Positions 32,162 through 42,586 of a DNA stretch of 64,000 nucleotides are shown here, one piece after another. This DNA is from an uncultured Alphaproteobacteria bacterium (GTDB lineage: Bacteria > Pseudomonadota > Alphaproteobacteria > RF32 > CAG-239): positions 4,291-68,290 of the forward strand of contig CALXZJ010000003.1 of the NCBI GenBank assembly GCA_944393235.1, in the 5' to 3' direction. The notes under the pieces are model-generated. The model did not search any database and was not told where the DNA came from. It saw only the letters and a list, made by a program, of their open reading frames with translations. The position numbers and the translations under genes were made by a program. Position 1 is the first letter of the stretch. Each line of letters opens with the position of its first letter.

Positions 32162-32475
32162 TGCCTAAAATGAAAATTAAAAAAGGTGATAAAGTTATTA
32201 TCTTGTCAGGTGATGACAAAGGTAAAACCGGCGAAGTTTTGAAAGCGATGCCCAAAGAGAGCAAGGTGGTTGTTCAAGGTGTCAATTTGGTTAAAAGACA
32301 CACCAAGCCCAGCCAGACCACTCCCGGCGGAATTGTGACCAAAGAAGCCGCTATTCACGTTTCAAACGTCGCGATTGTAACTTCGGACGGGAAAGCTTCC
32401 CGCATTGGTTACAAGGATGACAAAGGGACTAAAGTGCGTGTTGCACGTAAATCCGGTGAAGTAATCGATAAATAG
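32161..32475 (+). CDS. rplX: 50S ribosomal protein L24
   Basis: IKKGDKV...[14 protein letters not shown]. Confidence 0.98.
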   Translation: MPKMKIKKGDKVIILSGDDKGKTGEVLKAMPKESKVVVQGVNLVKRHTKPSQTTPGGIVTKEAAIHVSNVAIVTSDGKASRIGYKDDKGTKVRVARKSGEVIDK

Positions 32476-32486
32476 GAGAAAATTTT

Positions 32487-33026
32487 ATGACAAACTTTGA
32501 AAAACTTTACAATGAAGTCATAAAGAAATCTCTTGTGGAAAAATTCGGTTACAAGAACCCACACGAGATTCCGAAGCTGACGAAAATTGTATTGAACATG
32601 GGTATCGGCGATGCCGTTACCGATAAGAAAAAGCTCAACAACGCTATGGAAGAGCTGGCTTTGATTGCCGGTCAGAAGCCGGTGATGACGACGGCTCGCA
32701 AATCCATTGCGACATTTAAGTTGAGAGAAGGTATGCCGATTGGCTGCAAAGTGACGTTGCGCTCTACCAGAATGTATGAATTCTTGGAAAGACTGATTAA
32801 TATGGCTTTGCCGCGCATCAGAGACTTTCACGGCATATCGGGCAAAAACTTTGACGGCAAAGGCAATTTCGCTTTTGGTATCAAAGAGCAGGTTATTTTC
32901 CCGGAAATCAACTATGAGAAAGTTGAAGACGTCCGCGGAATGGATATTGTGATCTGCACATCGGCCAAAACAGATGAAGAAGCTAAGTTTTTGCTGACTT
33001 CATTTAACCTGCCTTACAAGAAATAA
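32487..33026 (+). CDS. rplE: 50S ribosomal protein L5
   Basis: [16 protein letters not shown]. Confidence 0.98.
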   Translation: MTNFEKLYNEVIKKSLVEKFGYKNPHEIPKLTKIVLNMGIGDAVTDKKKLNNAMEELALIAGQKPVMTTARKSIATFKLREGMPIGCKVTLRSTRMYEFLERLINMALPRIRDFHGISGKNFDGKGNFAFGIKEQVIFPEINYEKVEDVRGMDIVICTSAKTDEEAKFLLTSFNLPYKK

Positions 33027-33040
33027 GCGGAGATTTTACC

Positions 33041-33346
33041 ATGTCAAAGACAAGTTCAGTATATAGAAACTTGAAAAGAGTAAAGATGGCTGAGAAGTAT
33101 GCTAATCGCCGTCAAAAATTAAAAAACGTCGTTATGGACAAGAACGCTTCTCCGGAAGAACGTTTCCAAGCGACTTTGAAATTGGCCGCACTGCCGCGCA
33201 ACTCTGCCAAAATCAGAGTGAGAAACCGCTGCAAATTGACCGGTCGTTCACGTAGTTATTACCGGAAGTTCGGTTTGAGCCGTGTGGAACTCAGAAACAT
33301 GGCCAGCTTCGGCGAAATTCCGGGTTTGGTAAAATCAAGCTGGTAA
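33041..33346 (+). CDS. rpsN: 30S ribosomal protein S14 (long, Zn-free type)
   Basis: RNRCKLTGR, IPGLVKSSW. Confidence 0.97.
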   Translation: MSKTSSVYRNLKRVKMAEKYANRRQKLKNVVMDKNASPEERFQATLKLAALPRNSAKIRVRNRCKLTGRSRSYYRKFGLSRVELRNMASFGEIPGLVKSSW

Positions 33347-33358
33347 GGAGGAGATATT

Positions 33359-33757
33359 ATGTCAATGACTGATCCTTTGGGCGATATGCTCACACGCATT
33401 AGAAACGCACAAAGAGCGAAGAAAAGTGATGTTGTATCACCGGCCTCTCGCCTGCGTGAAAATGTTTTGGAAGTTCTGAAAAAAGAAGGCTACATTGAAG
33501 GTTATGAAAAACGCAATGTTAAGCCGGGCATTGATGAACTCGTCATTAAATTAAAGTACCATGAAGGTGCTTCGGTTATAACTGAAATTTACCGCGTTTC
33601 GACGCCGGGCCGCCGCGTTTATTCAAGCGTTAAGGACCTGCCGAGAGTGTATAACGGTTTGGGTATTTCCATTGTTTCCACCCCGCAAGGTGTGATGAGC
33701 GACAATGATGCCCGTAAAGCCAATGTCGGCGGTGAAATTTTGTGTCAGGTATTTTAA
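33359..33757 (+). CDS. rpsH: 30S ribosomal protein S8
   Basis: [13 protein letters not shown]. Confidence 0.98.
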   Translation: MSMTDPLGDMLTRIRNAQRAKKSDVVSPASRLRENVLEVLKKEGYIEGYEKRNVKPGIDELVIKLKYHEGASVITEIYRVSTPGRRVYSSVKDLPRVYNGLGISIVSTPQGVMSDNDARKANVGGEILCQVF

Positions 33758-33769
33758 GGGAGAAAACGG

Positions 33770-34306
33770 ATGTCAAGAGTAGGTAAATATCCGGTTGTTA
33801 TCCCGGCTGGCGTAACGGCTGCTATTGAAGGCAATGTTGTTACGATTAAAGGAAAATTAGGTGAACTTAGCTGCACTTTTGACGACAGCCACATTGCAGC
33901 CAAGCTGGAAGACAATAAAATTGTCGTTTCCCCGCTGTCAAGCAGCCAGACGGCTCGTGCTTTATGGGGAACAACCCGTGCAAACATCAACACTTTAGTG
34001 AAAGGTGTGAGCGAAGGTTTCACTAAAAATTTGGAACTGGTCGGCGTTGGTTACAAAGCCCGTACTGAAGGCAATAAACTTGTTTTGTCTTTGGGCTTTT
34101 CGCATGATGTAAACTTTCCGGCTCCGGAAGGAATTAAGATTTCTTGCGAATCTCCAACCCAGATTAAAATTTTTGGTGTGGATAAACAGCTTGTCGGACA
34201 AGTTGCTGCGGAAATTCGCAAATACAGAAAACCGGAACCTTATAAAGGCAAAGGCGTGAAGTATGAAGGCGAATATGTACGTCGTAAAGAAGGCAAGAAG
34301 AAATAA
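33770..34306 (+). CDS. rplF: 50S ribosomal protein L6
   Basis: [14 protein letters not shown]. Confidence 0.98.
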   Translation: MSRVGKYPVVIPAGVTAAIEGNVVTIKGKLGELSCTFDDSHIAAKLEDNKIVVSPLSSSQTARALWGTTRANINTLVKGVSEGFTKNLELVGVGYKARTEGNKLVLSLGFSHDVNFPAPEGIKISCESPTQIKIFGVDKQLVGQVAAEIRKYRKPEPYKGKGVKYEGEYVRRKEGKKK

Positions 34307-34320
34307 GGGATAGGCTTAAG

Positions 34321-34683
34321 ATGAATACACCAAGAAAATTGTTTGAAAAAAGAAAGGCGCGTGTCAGAACCGCTTTGAAAAAAGCCGCCAACGGAAAGTT
34401 GAGATTGTCGGTTTTTCGCAGCGGTAAGCATATTTACGCGCAGATTATTGACGATGCCAAAGGTGCAACGGTTGCTTCTGCATCTACTTTGGATAAAGAA
34501 GTCCGCGACAGCATCAAAAAGTCATCTACGGTTGAAGCCGCCGGCTTCATTGGTAAATTAATTGCTGAAAGAGCAGCTAAGTCAGGTGTAAGCGAAGTCG
34601 TGTTTGACCGCGGCGGCTATATTTATCATGGTCGTGTTAAAGCTTTGGCAGACGCTGCCCGTGCAGCCGGATTAAAATTCTAG
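34321..34683 (+). CDS. rplR: 50S ribosomal protein L18
   Basis: RLSVFRS.KHIYAQ, FDRGG..YHGRV. Confidence 0.98.
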   Translation: MNTPRKLFEKRKARVRTALKKAANGKLRLSVFRSGKHIYAQIIDDAKGATVASASTLDKEVRDSIKKSSTVEAAGFIGKLIAERAAKSGVSEVVFDRGGYIYHGRVKALADAARAAGLKF

Positions 34684-34693
34684 GAGAAGTAAG

Positions 34694-35254
34694 ATGGCAG
34701 TAGATCGTCATAACAAAAAAGAAAAAACCGAAGAATTGGTCGAAAAACTGGTTCACGTTAACCGCGTTGCCAAGACCGTTAAAGGCGGCCGTACGATGTC
34801 TTTTGCAGCCGTTGTGGTGGTTGGCGACCAAAAAGGGCGTGTCGGGTTTGGTTCCGGCAAAGCCGCCGAGGTTCCGGAAGCCATTGTTAAAGCGACCAAC
34901 GAGGCGAAAAAGAATATGGTTCGCATTCCGCTGCGTGAAGGCAGAACGCTGCATCACGATGTGGCGGGTCGTTTCGGCGCCGGAAAAGTTATTTTAAGAA
35001 CAGCTCCGGCCGGTACCGGTGTTATTGCCGGCGGTCCGATGCGTGCCGTGTTTGAAGTTTTGGGCGTGCAAGATGTGGTTGCAAAATCATTGGGTTCAAA
35101 CAATCCGTATAACATGATTAAAGCAACTTTTAACGCTTTGCAGTCTATCAATTCTCCGCGCATGATTGCCGCCAAACGCGGTAAAAAAGTCGGGGATATT
35201 GTCAGCCGCCGCGAGAATTCTTCAAACGTTAAAATGGAAAAAGAGGAGGCTTAA
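34694..35254 (+). CDS. rpsE: 30S ribosomal protein S5
   Basis: [18 protein letters not shown]. Confidence 0.98.
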   Translation: MAVDRHNKKEKTEELVEKLVHVNRVAKTVKGGRTMSFAAVVVVGDQKGRVGFGSGKAAEVPEAIVKATNEAKKNMVRIPLREGRTLHHDVAGRFGAGKVILRTAPAGTGVIAGGPMRAVFEVLGVQDVVAKSLGSNNPYNMIKATFNALQSINSPRMIAAKRGKKVGDIVSRRENSSNVKMEKEEA

Positions 35255-35257
35255 TCC

Positions 35258-35440
35258 ATGGCTAAAAAGACATTGAAAGTTACTCAAATCGCGAGCCCTA
35301 TCGGCAAGCCGAAAGACCAGAGAGCAACTTTAATCGGATTGGGCTTGAACAAAATGAATCGCACTGCGGTGTTGGAAGATACGCCGGCAATCCGTGGGAT
35401 GATTAAAAAGGTTAGCCACCTCGTTAAAGTTGAGGAGTAA
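35258..35440 (+). CDS. rpmD: 50S ribosomal protein L30
   Basis: SPIG...QRATL.GLGL. Confidence 0.97.
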   Translation: MAKKTLKVTQIASPIGKPKDQRATLIGLGLNKMNRTAVLEDTPAIRGMIKKVSHLVKVEE

Positions 35441-35546
35441 CGGTTTTACAAAGCAGGCTTCAAGTTGTCCGGTTTGCCCGCTTATGTGGCTGTTTGCACA
35501 TGGTGCTTACAAATCGGACAACGGTAAGCCCGTTTGTAGAAATCTG
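35441..35546. repeat. Long imperfect palindrome (REP/MITE-like) between rpmD and rplO
   Basis: Nested arms tacaaa/tttgta, ggctt/aagcc, gttgtccggtttg/caaatcggacaac, atgtg/cacat. Confidence 0.65.
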
Positions 35547-35598
35547 TTTATGACAAAACTTTTTATAGTAAAATTAAAAATTAGTTAGGTGAAAGAAA

Positions 35599-36054
35599 AT
35601 GAAACTTAATGAATTGAAAAACAATCCGGGAGCGACCAAAGACCGTATCCGTGTCGGACGCGGTATCGGCAGCGGCAAGGGTAAAACCGGTGGCCGCGGC
35701 GTTAAGGGTCAGAAATCCCGCTCGGGCGGCGCCAAAAACGGTTTTGAAGGCGGACAAATGCCGATTTACCGTCGTTTGCCGAAACGTGGTTTTAAGAATC
35801 CGTTTGCGCTTCATTTTGCGGTTGTTAATCTGGATACTATTCAAAAAGCCATTGATGCCGGCAAGTTGGACGCCAGCGCTATTGATATTGAAGCTTTGTT
35901 GAAATCCAGAATTATTTCCGGCAAAAAAGACGGTGTTCGTCTGTTGGCTCGCGGTGCGATTACCACCAGCATCAACATTTCAGTCAACTCCGCTTCCAAG
36001 GCGGCGGTTGAGGCGGTTGAAAAAGCCGGCGGTAAAGTCAACGTTGTTGCTTAA
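35599..36054 (+). CDS. rplO: 50S ribosomal protein L15
   Basis: [26 protein letters not shown]. Confidence 0.98.
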   Translation: MKLNELKNNPGATKDRIRVGRGIGSGKGKTGGRGVKGQKSRSGGAKNGFEGGQMPIYRRLPKRGFKNPFALHFAVVNLDTIQKAIDAGKLDASAIDIEALLKSRIISGKKDGVRLLARGAITTSINISVNSASKAAVEAVEKAGGKVNVVA

Positions 36055-36077
36055 GTCGAGAGCTTAGAGTAAGTGCT

Positions 36078-36112
36078 AAAAAAGCCCACCATTTCAGATG
36101 GCGGGCTTTTTG
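36078..36112 (+). terminator. Intrinsic terminator after rplO
   Basis: aaaaagcccaccat...atggcgggcttttt. Confidence 0.75.
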
Positions 36113-36425
36113 GTATGAAGAGCTTTGGTGCTTTTTGTTTATGGAAATTATGTATGGGGAGGCGATTTGCTTGTAGTACTTTGAGTTCTGCGAGTTTTGG
36201 TTTTGGCAAGGTGTTGTTTTATTATGTACAAAAACGCCAGTACGATTGCCAACAAGCCGCCCCATAACGATACATTGATATGAAAAGTAAAATATGTTTC
36301 CAGCAATTCGGGGTTTGCGGGGATATACTCGGCGCCTTTGGCGGCGGCAAGGGCGAGGTTTGGTGATTTTGATTGCCCAAGGAAGATATCGTGTTATAAT
36401 GCAGATATATAAGGAGAAAAAAACA

Positions 36426-36725
36426 ATGGATGAAAAAACAGATTACAGCGACCCGACGGTTTTGGCACAGACGGACACAGCCATTGAGATTATGGCCGGA
36501 ATGCGGGCAACCCGCATTACGCGTCTTGCTTTGGAAAAAATGAAGCCGGAACAGGAAAGAGACGATAAGCTTATGGCGCGTTTGGAAAGAGAATTGCAAC
36601 TGCTTAATGAAGAACGTCATTTGATGTATCAAGGCGACCGGGAAACCAGAGATAAAATTTTGAATGAATATTCCAAAGAAATGAAAGAATATCTTGCGGG
36701 AAAAAAGAATGACAGAGGATTATAA
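36426..36725 (+). CDS. Small helical protein, putative antitoxin of the zeta toxin
   Basis: 99 aa, AAGGAG RBS, TTGCCC-N16-TATAAT promoter, overlaps the zeta start; function inferred from position only. Confidence 0.55.
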   Translation: MDEKTDYSDPTVLAQTDTAIEIMAGMRATRITRLALEKMKPEQERDDKLMARLERELQLLNEERHLMYQGDRETRDKILNEYSKEMKEYLAGKKNDRGL

Positions 36726-37039
36726 ACTTCCGCCAGAAGTTCACGATGCTATTTGTGAGGAAATAAAAAAAGGTTTATTTGACGGGAAAGAACCGGTTTC
36801 AAACCCGCAGATTTTTATTTTGGGCGGTCAGCCCGGTGCCGGAAAAAGCGTTTTAACCAAAAGGGTTTATGAAAATTTTGGCAGTTTTAACCGGTTTGCG
36901 CCATCAACTTACGGCGGGGCTTATTCAAAATGTGCGTTCTAAAATTGCAACACCTAAAAACAATCAAGATAATATAAAAGACACGCCGGCTTCTCGCGGT
37001 GAAACTATTATCAGAAAAAACAATCAGAATACATTATAA
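36709..37039 (+). pseudogene. Zeta toxin (PezT-like) remnant with internal deletion
   Basis: N-terminus with ILGGQPGAGKS P-loop; similarity is lost after about 58 aa; a second frame stays open to TAA at 37039. Confidence 0.7.
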
Positions 37040-37142
37040 GAATTTCCTTGCAAAAAAGTTTGTTTTCTTTAATATAAGCACTGCCGTCGGTTGACGGTGG
37101 TGTCTAACAAACATCTTACAAACAAAAACTCCTTCTTGGGGA

Positions 37143-37210
37143 GTGGGCGAAATAAGACCTTCGGGTACGAATAAGCCTGACTGAGTTTGTACAGTTTTTG
37201 AGCTCCCCAC
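37143..37210 (+). ncRNA. C4/CI-like antisense RNA candidate
   Basis: GTGGG/CCCAC closing stem, ACC-TTCG-GGT hairpin, CTG/CAG stem whose loop GTTTGTA is complementary to upstream TACAAAC; terminator hairpin at 37207-37234. Confidence 0.5.
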
Positions 37211-37270
37211 CTTAAAAGTTTTTAAGGTGGTTTTGTTTTAATTTTATAAACAAATTAAGGAGCAAAAAAT

Positions 37271-37573
37271 ATGAGTAAAGGAAGCGGCCACGCCAAAGTG
37301 GTCAAAAGGTCATTTAACAAACAACTCATGCGTTGCCTGGGCGAATATCGCAAACAACTGGGTTTAAGCGCCTCGCGGGTTTCGGCGGCGACCGGCATTG
37401 CCGAAATCAAGTTAAAACGCGCCGAAATAACGGGAAACATTTTGGCGTTTGACATGGCAAAGTTGTTGTATTTTTACCGCAAATGGTTTACGGTCAGCTT
37501 GATTGATGAGCAGCCGCTTCATGAACAAATTGTTGTTTTGCTTAATCAAAAGCATGAAACGGGCGAAGATTAA
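37271..37573 (+). CDS. XRE-like HTH protein
   Basis: LGEYRKQLGLSASRVSAATGI...LKRAE; AAGGAG RBS. Confidence 0.65.
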   Translation: MSKGSGHAKVVKRSFNKQLMRCLGEYRKQLGLSASRVSAATGIAEIKLKRAEITGNILAFDMAKLLYFYRKWFTVSLIDEQPLHEQIVVLLNQKHETGED

Positions 37574-37716
37574 AAACACTTAATATATTATTACTTGTAA
37601 AACTTTTTTGTACATAATCCTTTTTATGAGGTTTGTGGGGTTATATTATATGAAAAATATTGACGAATGGGTGTTTTTTTTATATCCTAAAATTGTCAGA
37701 CATCGGGAGAGAGAAA

Positions 37717-38235
37717 ATGAAACTCAGTCTGCAGGATACTTTTGGCGCGACAATTGAGAAAGGCTCTTATGAAAGGGTGGATTTGAGCCGTGCCAAAGGT
37801 TTTTATATTGAACCCGGTGTCAAAATCAAAGTTCTTATTTTAAACAACACTTATCGTGCCAATATTCCCAAGGGAAAATACGGGCGGATTTTTCTTAATC
37901 AAGCCAGCGAATTTCATATTGATGAAGAAGCAAAAATCAATAGTTTGATTTTGAGTTCGTCACGTCGTGCCAAAGTGCCGGCTTTGAAATATGATGAAAT
38001 TAATTTGAGCGGCGCTTCAGGGTTTGAAATCGCGCCCGGCGTGCGTGTAGGGAAACTTTTTTTGGAAGGTTGCCGCCATTTTGTTATTCCGAAAGGGTGG
38101 TATCATTTTATTTTTTTAGGCAACGCTTTGGATTATATGATTATGCCCGGTGTGAGACGTTGGCGGATTATCGGTGCCGACCCTAAACTTGTCCGTTTGG
38201 CTGAGGAACACGGCAAACAGGCGGAAAACGGATAG
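37717..38235 (+). CDS. Hypothetical 37-aa tandem repeat (solenoid) protein
   Basis: About 3.5 repeats of YxxIxLxxAxxFxIxPGVxIxxLxL...IPKG. Confidence 0.65.
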   Translation: MKLSLQDTFGATIEKGSYERVDLSRAKGFYIEPGVKIKVLILNNTYRANIPKGKYGRIFLNQASEFHIDEEAKINSLILSSSRRAKVPALKYDEINLSGASGFEIAPGVRVGKLFLEGCRHFVIPKGWYHFIFLGNALDYMIMPGVRRWRIIGADPKLVRLAEEHGKQAENG

Positions 38236-38386
38236 TCTCAACAGCGCTTGGCAAGCTTCCGGTAAAAAATTGAGGATAAAGAGAAAATTGTTGCAATAAA
38301 TTTTTAATTTGTGTATTAGAGTATGCAAAAGGGTTTTTTATGACCCTGTTTATTTGTGTTTTAAATAATGATTTAAGGAAGAAGAA

Positions 38387-39739
38387 ATGGTATCATTGGC
38401 AGAAAAAATGGCGGCGAATATGGATATGTCCGCGTTTAGCAAAGCTGACGAACTTAAAAGAAGATTATGGTTTACGATTTTGGCGCTGATTGTGTTCCGT
38501 TTGGGTACGTTTATCCCGCTGCCGGGGATTGACGCCAGAGCTTTGTCGGAAATTTTTGCACAGCACTCGGGCGGAATTTTAGGCATGTTTAATATGTTTT
38601 CCGGCGGTGCTTTGTCGCGTATGACGATTTTTGCCTTGAACATCTTCCCGTATATTTCGGCTTCCATTATTATTCAACTTGGGCAGTCGGTTATTCCGTC
38701 GTTGGCGGCTTTGAAGAAAGAGGGCGAGGCAGGACACCGCAAGGTGACGCATTATACCAAGATTTTGACGGTGTTTATCACGATTATCCAAGGTTATGGT
38801 ATTGCCGTCGGCTTGGAAAGCATGAGCGCCGGTGCCGGTGCTTCGGTGGTGGTTATTCCGAGCTTTGTGTTTAAGTTTACGACGATTGTTTCGCTGGTGG
38901 GCGGCACGATGTTTGTGGTGTGGCTCGGCGATCAGATTACCTCCCGCGGGGTGGGCAACGGTTCGTCTTTGATTATTACCGTTGGTATTATTGCCAACAT
39001 TCCGAACGCTTTGGCGCAAACTTTTGAGTTGGGTCGAATCGGCTCCATGTCTTTGGGTGTGATTGCCATGTTGTTGGTGATGGCTTTGGCTTTGATTTAT
39101 ATTATCGTGTTTGTGGAACGGGCGCAACGCAAAATCGTTATTCAATATCCGAAGCGTCAGATGGGCATGCGTATGACCGCGGCAGAAAGTTCGCATTTGC
39201 CGCTTAAGATTAACCCGACGGGCGTTATTCCGCCGATTTTTGCCAGCTCGTTGTTGCTGCTGCCAATTACGATTGCCAATCTCTCGGCACAAAACGGGCC
39301 TTCATGGGCGCAGACCATGAGCCAGTGGCTCGGTCACGGCCAGCCTTTGTATTTGGCTTTGTATGCGTTCTTGATTATCTTTTTTGCCTTTTTCTATACC
39401 GCGGTGGTGTTCAATCCGGAAGAAACGGCGGATAATTTGAAAAAGCACGGTGGTTTTATTGCCGGTATCCGTCCGGGCAAAAATACGGCTGAATACTTAG
39501 ATTATGTTATTACGCGTTTGACGGTTTTGGGCGCGGCGTATTTAACAGCTTTGTGCATTTTGCCGGAAATTTTGATTTCCAAACTTTCGGTTCCGTTTGT
39601 TTTGGGCGGTACGACTTTGCTTATCGTGGTGCAAGTAACCATGGACTTTGTAACGCAGGTTCAGTCGCATCTGATTGCTTATCAATATGAGGGGCTGATT
39701 AAAAAAGCTGCTTTGGTGCATAACAAGAAAAGAAAATAA
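38387..39739 (+). CDS. secY: Preprotein translocase SecY
   Basis: NMFSGGAL, GVGNGSSLII, IPPIFASS, GIRPGKNT. Confidence 0.98.
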   Translation: MVSLAEKMAANMDMSAFSKADELKRRLWFTILALIVFRLGTFIPLPGIDARALSEIFAQHSGGILGMFNMFSGGALSRMTIFALNIFPYISASIIIQLGQSVIPSLAALKKEGEAGHRKVTHYTKILTVFITIIQGYGIAVGLESMSAGAGASVVVIPSFVFKFTTIVSLVGGTMFVVWLGDQITSRGVGNGSSLIITVGIIANIPNALAQTFELGRIGSMSLGVIAMLLVMALALIYIIVFVERAQRKIVIQYPKRQMGMRMTAAESSHLPLKINPTGVIPPIFASSLLLLPITIANLSAQNGPSWAQTMSQWLGHGQPLYLALYAFLIIFFAFFYTAVVFNPEETADNLKKHGGFIAGIRPGKNTAEYLDYVITRLTVLGAAYLTALCILPEILISKLSVPFVLGGTTLLIVVQVTMDFVTQVQSHLIAYQYEGLIKKAALVHNKKRK

Positions 39740-39744
39740 TAGCC

Positions 39745-40434
39745 ATGGATAAAAACGGAAATGGTTTGCATGTGGTCTTTACCGGAGCCCCGGGTTGCGG
39801 TAAAGGCACACAAGCCCGAATCTTGAAAGAACGGGCGCACATATGCCATCTTTCCACCGGTGAAATGCTGCGCACAGAGGCCGCCAAAGACACCCCCTTG
39901 GGGCGGGAGCTTAAAGCGGCACTTGATCGAGGCGAATTTGCCACCGATGAGATGATTATCAAAATGGTTTCAAACCGAATTGCTGAGAATGATTGCAAAA
40001 ACGGTTTTATTTTAGACGGCTTTCCAAGGACACTGCCGCAGGCGGAAGCCTTGGAAGGGATTTTGAGCGAAAAGGGCTTGAAGCTTGACCGCGTGATTGA
40101 GATTCAAGTGCCGGATGAGATTATTATGGAGCGTATTTTGGGACGTTATAGCTGTATGAAGTGTGGACAAGGCTATCATGACAAGTTTCAAAAGCCTAAA
40201 GTTTATGGTGTGTGTGATGTTTGCGGCGGCACGGAGTTTGCCCGCCGGGCAGATGATAATCGTACGACCGTGCAGAACAGGCTGATTAATTATCGGGCTT
40301 TGACGTATCCGACCATCCCCTATTTTGAAAAGAAAGGTTTGCTTTCGTGTGTGGATGGTACCGGAACAATTGAGGCTACGGCGCAAAAAATTGCTAAAGT
40401 TCTAGGGCTTAAAGACACAGAAACAGCTGGGTAA
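39745..40434 (+). CDS. adk: Adenylate kinase (Zn-lid type)
   Basis: GAPGCGKGTQ, LDGFPRT, CxxC...CxxC lid. Confidence 0.96.
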   Translation: MDKNGNGLHVVFTGAPGCGKGTQARILKERAHICHLSTGEMLRTEAAKDTPLGRELKAALDRGEFATDEMIIKMVSNRIAENDCKNGFILDGFPRTLPQAEALEGILSEKGLKLDRVIEIQVPDEIIMERILGRYSCMKCGQGYHDKFQKPKVYGVCDVCGGTEFARRADDNRTTVQNRLINYRALTYPTIPYFEKKGLLSCVDGTGTIEATAQKIAKVLGLKDTETAG

Positions 40435-40596
40435 ACGTTATAAAAGTCTGGTCAGGGCGGTTTTTATGAAAAAAAATGAATTTTTTGTTAAAAACGCTAT
40501 TGACTCTGAGAATTATTCGAATATAATCCGCTTAATTTTGAAAAGTGGTGATCAACTTTTTAAATGTTTTAATTTTAATGAAAATGGAGAGTTAAT

Positions 40597-40965
40597 TTGG
40601 CTCGTATAGCTGGCGTAAATATTCCGACCGCTAAGAGAATAGAAATCGCACTGACGTATATTTTCGGCATCGGAAGAAAAACTGCTCAAGACATTTGTGC
40701 AAAATCGGGAATTTCTGTTGACCGTCGTGTACAGGACTTAAGCGATGAAGAAGTTGCTAAAATCCGTGAAGTGATTGATCGGGATTATTTGGTGGAAGGC
40801 GAACTTCGTCGCGAAGTCGGCGTTAATATCAAGAGATTGATGGATCTTGGTTGTTACAGAGGTTTAAGACATCGTAAAGGTTTGCCGGTACGCGGACAAA
40901 GCACTAAGCAAAATGCTCGTACGCGTAAAGGTAAACGCAAAACAGTTGCGAATAAGAAGAAGTAA
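40597..40965 (+). CDS. rpsM: 30S ribosomal protein S13
   Basis: [22 protein letters not shown]. Confidence 0.98.
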   Translation: MARIAGVNIPTAKRIEIALTYIFGIGRKTAQDICAKSGISVDRRVQDLSDEEVAKIREVIDRDYLVEGELRREVGVNIKRLMDLGCYRGLRHRKGLPVRGQSTKQNARTRKGKRKTVANKKK

Positions 40966-40976
40966 GCGAGGTTGCA

Positions 40977-41369
40977 ATGGCTAAAGCAGTAACACAACGT
41001 GTTAAGAAAAAAGAAAAAAAGAATATCACTTCCGGCGTTGCCCACGTGAATTCTACATTTAATAATACCAGAGTAACAATCACCGATGCTCAGGGCAATA
41101 CAGTTGCATGGTCGACAGCCGGTGCACAGGGGTTTAAAGGTTCACGCAAATCAACCCCATATGCGGCACAGGTTGCTGCTGAAGAAGCTGGTAAAAAGGC
41201 TCAGGAAAACGGTATGAAAACTTTGGAAGTCGAAGTCAAAGGTCCGGGGTCGGGCAGAGAATCGGCAATTAGAGCTTTACAGGTTATCGGTTTTACAATT
41301 ACATCAATTCGTGATGTTACACCGATTCCGCACAATGGTTGCCGTTTGAGAAAAAGACGTCGCGTTTAA
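40977..41369 (+). CDS. rpsK: 30S ribosomal protein S11
   Basis: [25 protein letters not shown]. Confidence 0.98.
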   Translation: MAKAVTQRVKKKEKKNITSGVAHVNSTFNNTRVTITDAQGNTVAWSTAGAQGFKGSRKSTPYAAQVAAEEAGKKAQENGMKTLEVEVKGPGSGRESAIRALQVIGFTITSIRDVTPIPHNGCRLRKRRRV

Positions 41370-41465
41370 GATAAGTTTTGTTCGGGCGGAGGTTTTTTAA
41401 TCTCCGCTGTTTCAGTGTTTTTTATAAAATATATGCATATATAACTTAGAAAAGAGGGTATACCG

Positions 41466-42476
41466 GTGATTCAGAAAAATTGGCAAGAACTTATTAAACC
41501 AACTAATTTAGAAGTTACTTCCGGCGAAGGCGGAAATAAAGCTAAAATAGTGGTAGAACCCCTGGAGAGAGGTTTTGGTTTGACTTTGGGCAATGCCTTG
41601 CGCAGAGTTTTGCTCTCCTCGTTGCAGGGTGGTGCGGTAACCGCCATCAAGATTGACGGCGTTCTGCATGAATTTTCAGTTGTTCCGGGCGTCCGTGAAG
41701 ATGTGACGGATATCGTCTTAAACGTTAAAGGGTTGGCAGTGGCTGTTCATAATGAAGGTCAAAAAATAATGACCTTAAAAGCGGAAGGTCCCTGCACGGT
41801 AACGGCAGCAATGATTGAAACCGGTCATGATGTCGAAATTATGAATCCGGATCATGTTATCTGCAATTTGGATGCAGGTGCAAAAATTTCTATGGAATTG
41901 ACGGTGGATACCGGCAAAGGTTATGTTCCGGCTTATCAGAACAAGCCGTCTGATGCACCTATCGGATTGATTGCCGTTGATGCAATTTATTCTCCGGTCA
42001 AGAAAGTGTCTTACAAAGTTGAAAATACTCGTGTCGGTCAAATTACCGATTATGATAAATTAACTTTGGTGGTTGAGACCAACGGCGTCGTTTCGCCGGA
42101 AGATGCCGTTGCTTATGCGGCGCGCATCCTGCAAGACCAACTCAAACCGTTTATTAACTTTGACGAGCCGGAAAATGAAGTTGAAGACGTTAAGGAAGAA
42201 CTACCGTTCAATCGCAATCTCTTGAAAAAGGTTGATGAACTTGAACTTTCCGTTCGTTCCGCCAATTGTCTCAAGAACGATAACATCGTTTATATCGGCG
42301 ATTTGGTACAAAAGACCGAAGCCGAAATGCTCCGTACGCCAAACTTTGGTCGCAAATCTTTGAACGAAATCAAAGAAGTCCTAGCCAAAATGGGCATCCA
42401 TCTCGGTATGGAAACCCCGGGTTGGCCGCCGGAGAATATTGAGGAGTTGATTAAGAAATGTGACGACCACTTCTAA
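41466..42476 (+). CDS. rpoA: RNA polymerase alpha subunit
   Basis: [27 protein letters not shown]. Confidence 0.98.
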   Translation: MIQKNWQELIKPTNLEVTSGEGGNKAKIVVEPLERGFGLTLGNALRRVLLSSLQGGAVTAIKIDGVLHEFSVVPGVREDVTDIVLNVKGLAVAVHNEGQKIMTLKAEGPCTVTAAMIETGHDVEIMNPDHVICNLDAGAKISMELTVDTGKGYVPAYQNKPSDAPIGLIAVDAIYSPVKKVSYKVENTRVGQITDYDKLTLVVETNGVVSPEDAVAYAARILQDQLKPFINFDEPENEVEDVKEELPFNRNLLKKVDELELSVRSANCLKNDNIVYIGDLVQKTEAEMLRTPNFGRKSLNEIKEVLAKMGIHLGMETPGWPPENIEELIKKCDDHF

Positions 42477-42586
42477 AAAGTTCGTCTAACGGTCATCTAC
42501 TTGCAAGCCCTGTCACTCATGTACTGTTTTGTGTACACTTCGTGACAGGGCTTGCGGCGTATCTGACGCGTTATCCGAACTTTTTA
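42474..42586. repeat. Palindromic element A (RPE/REP-like) starting at the rpoA stop
   Basis: taaaaagttcg/cgaacttttta outer arms; gcaagccctgtcac/gtgacagggcttgc; central tgtac...gtaca; catct...atctg signature. Confidence 0.8.

Noticed and set aside
36294-36425. N-terminal extension of ORF 36294-36725
   Set aside because: Promoter and RBS point to the ATG at 36426
38387-42476. Absence of rpmJ, infA, map and rpsD from the cluster
   Set aside because: Normal for Alphaproteobacteria
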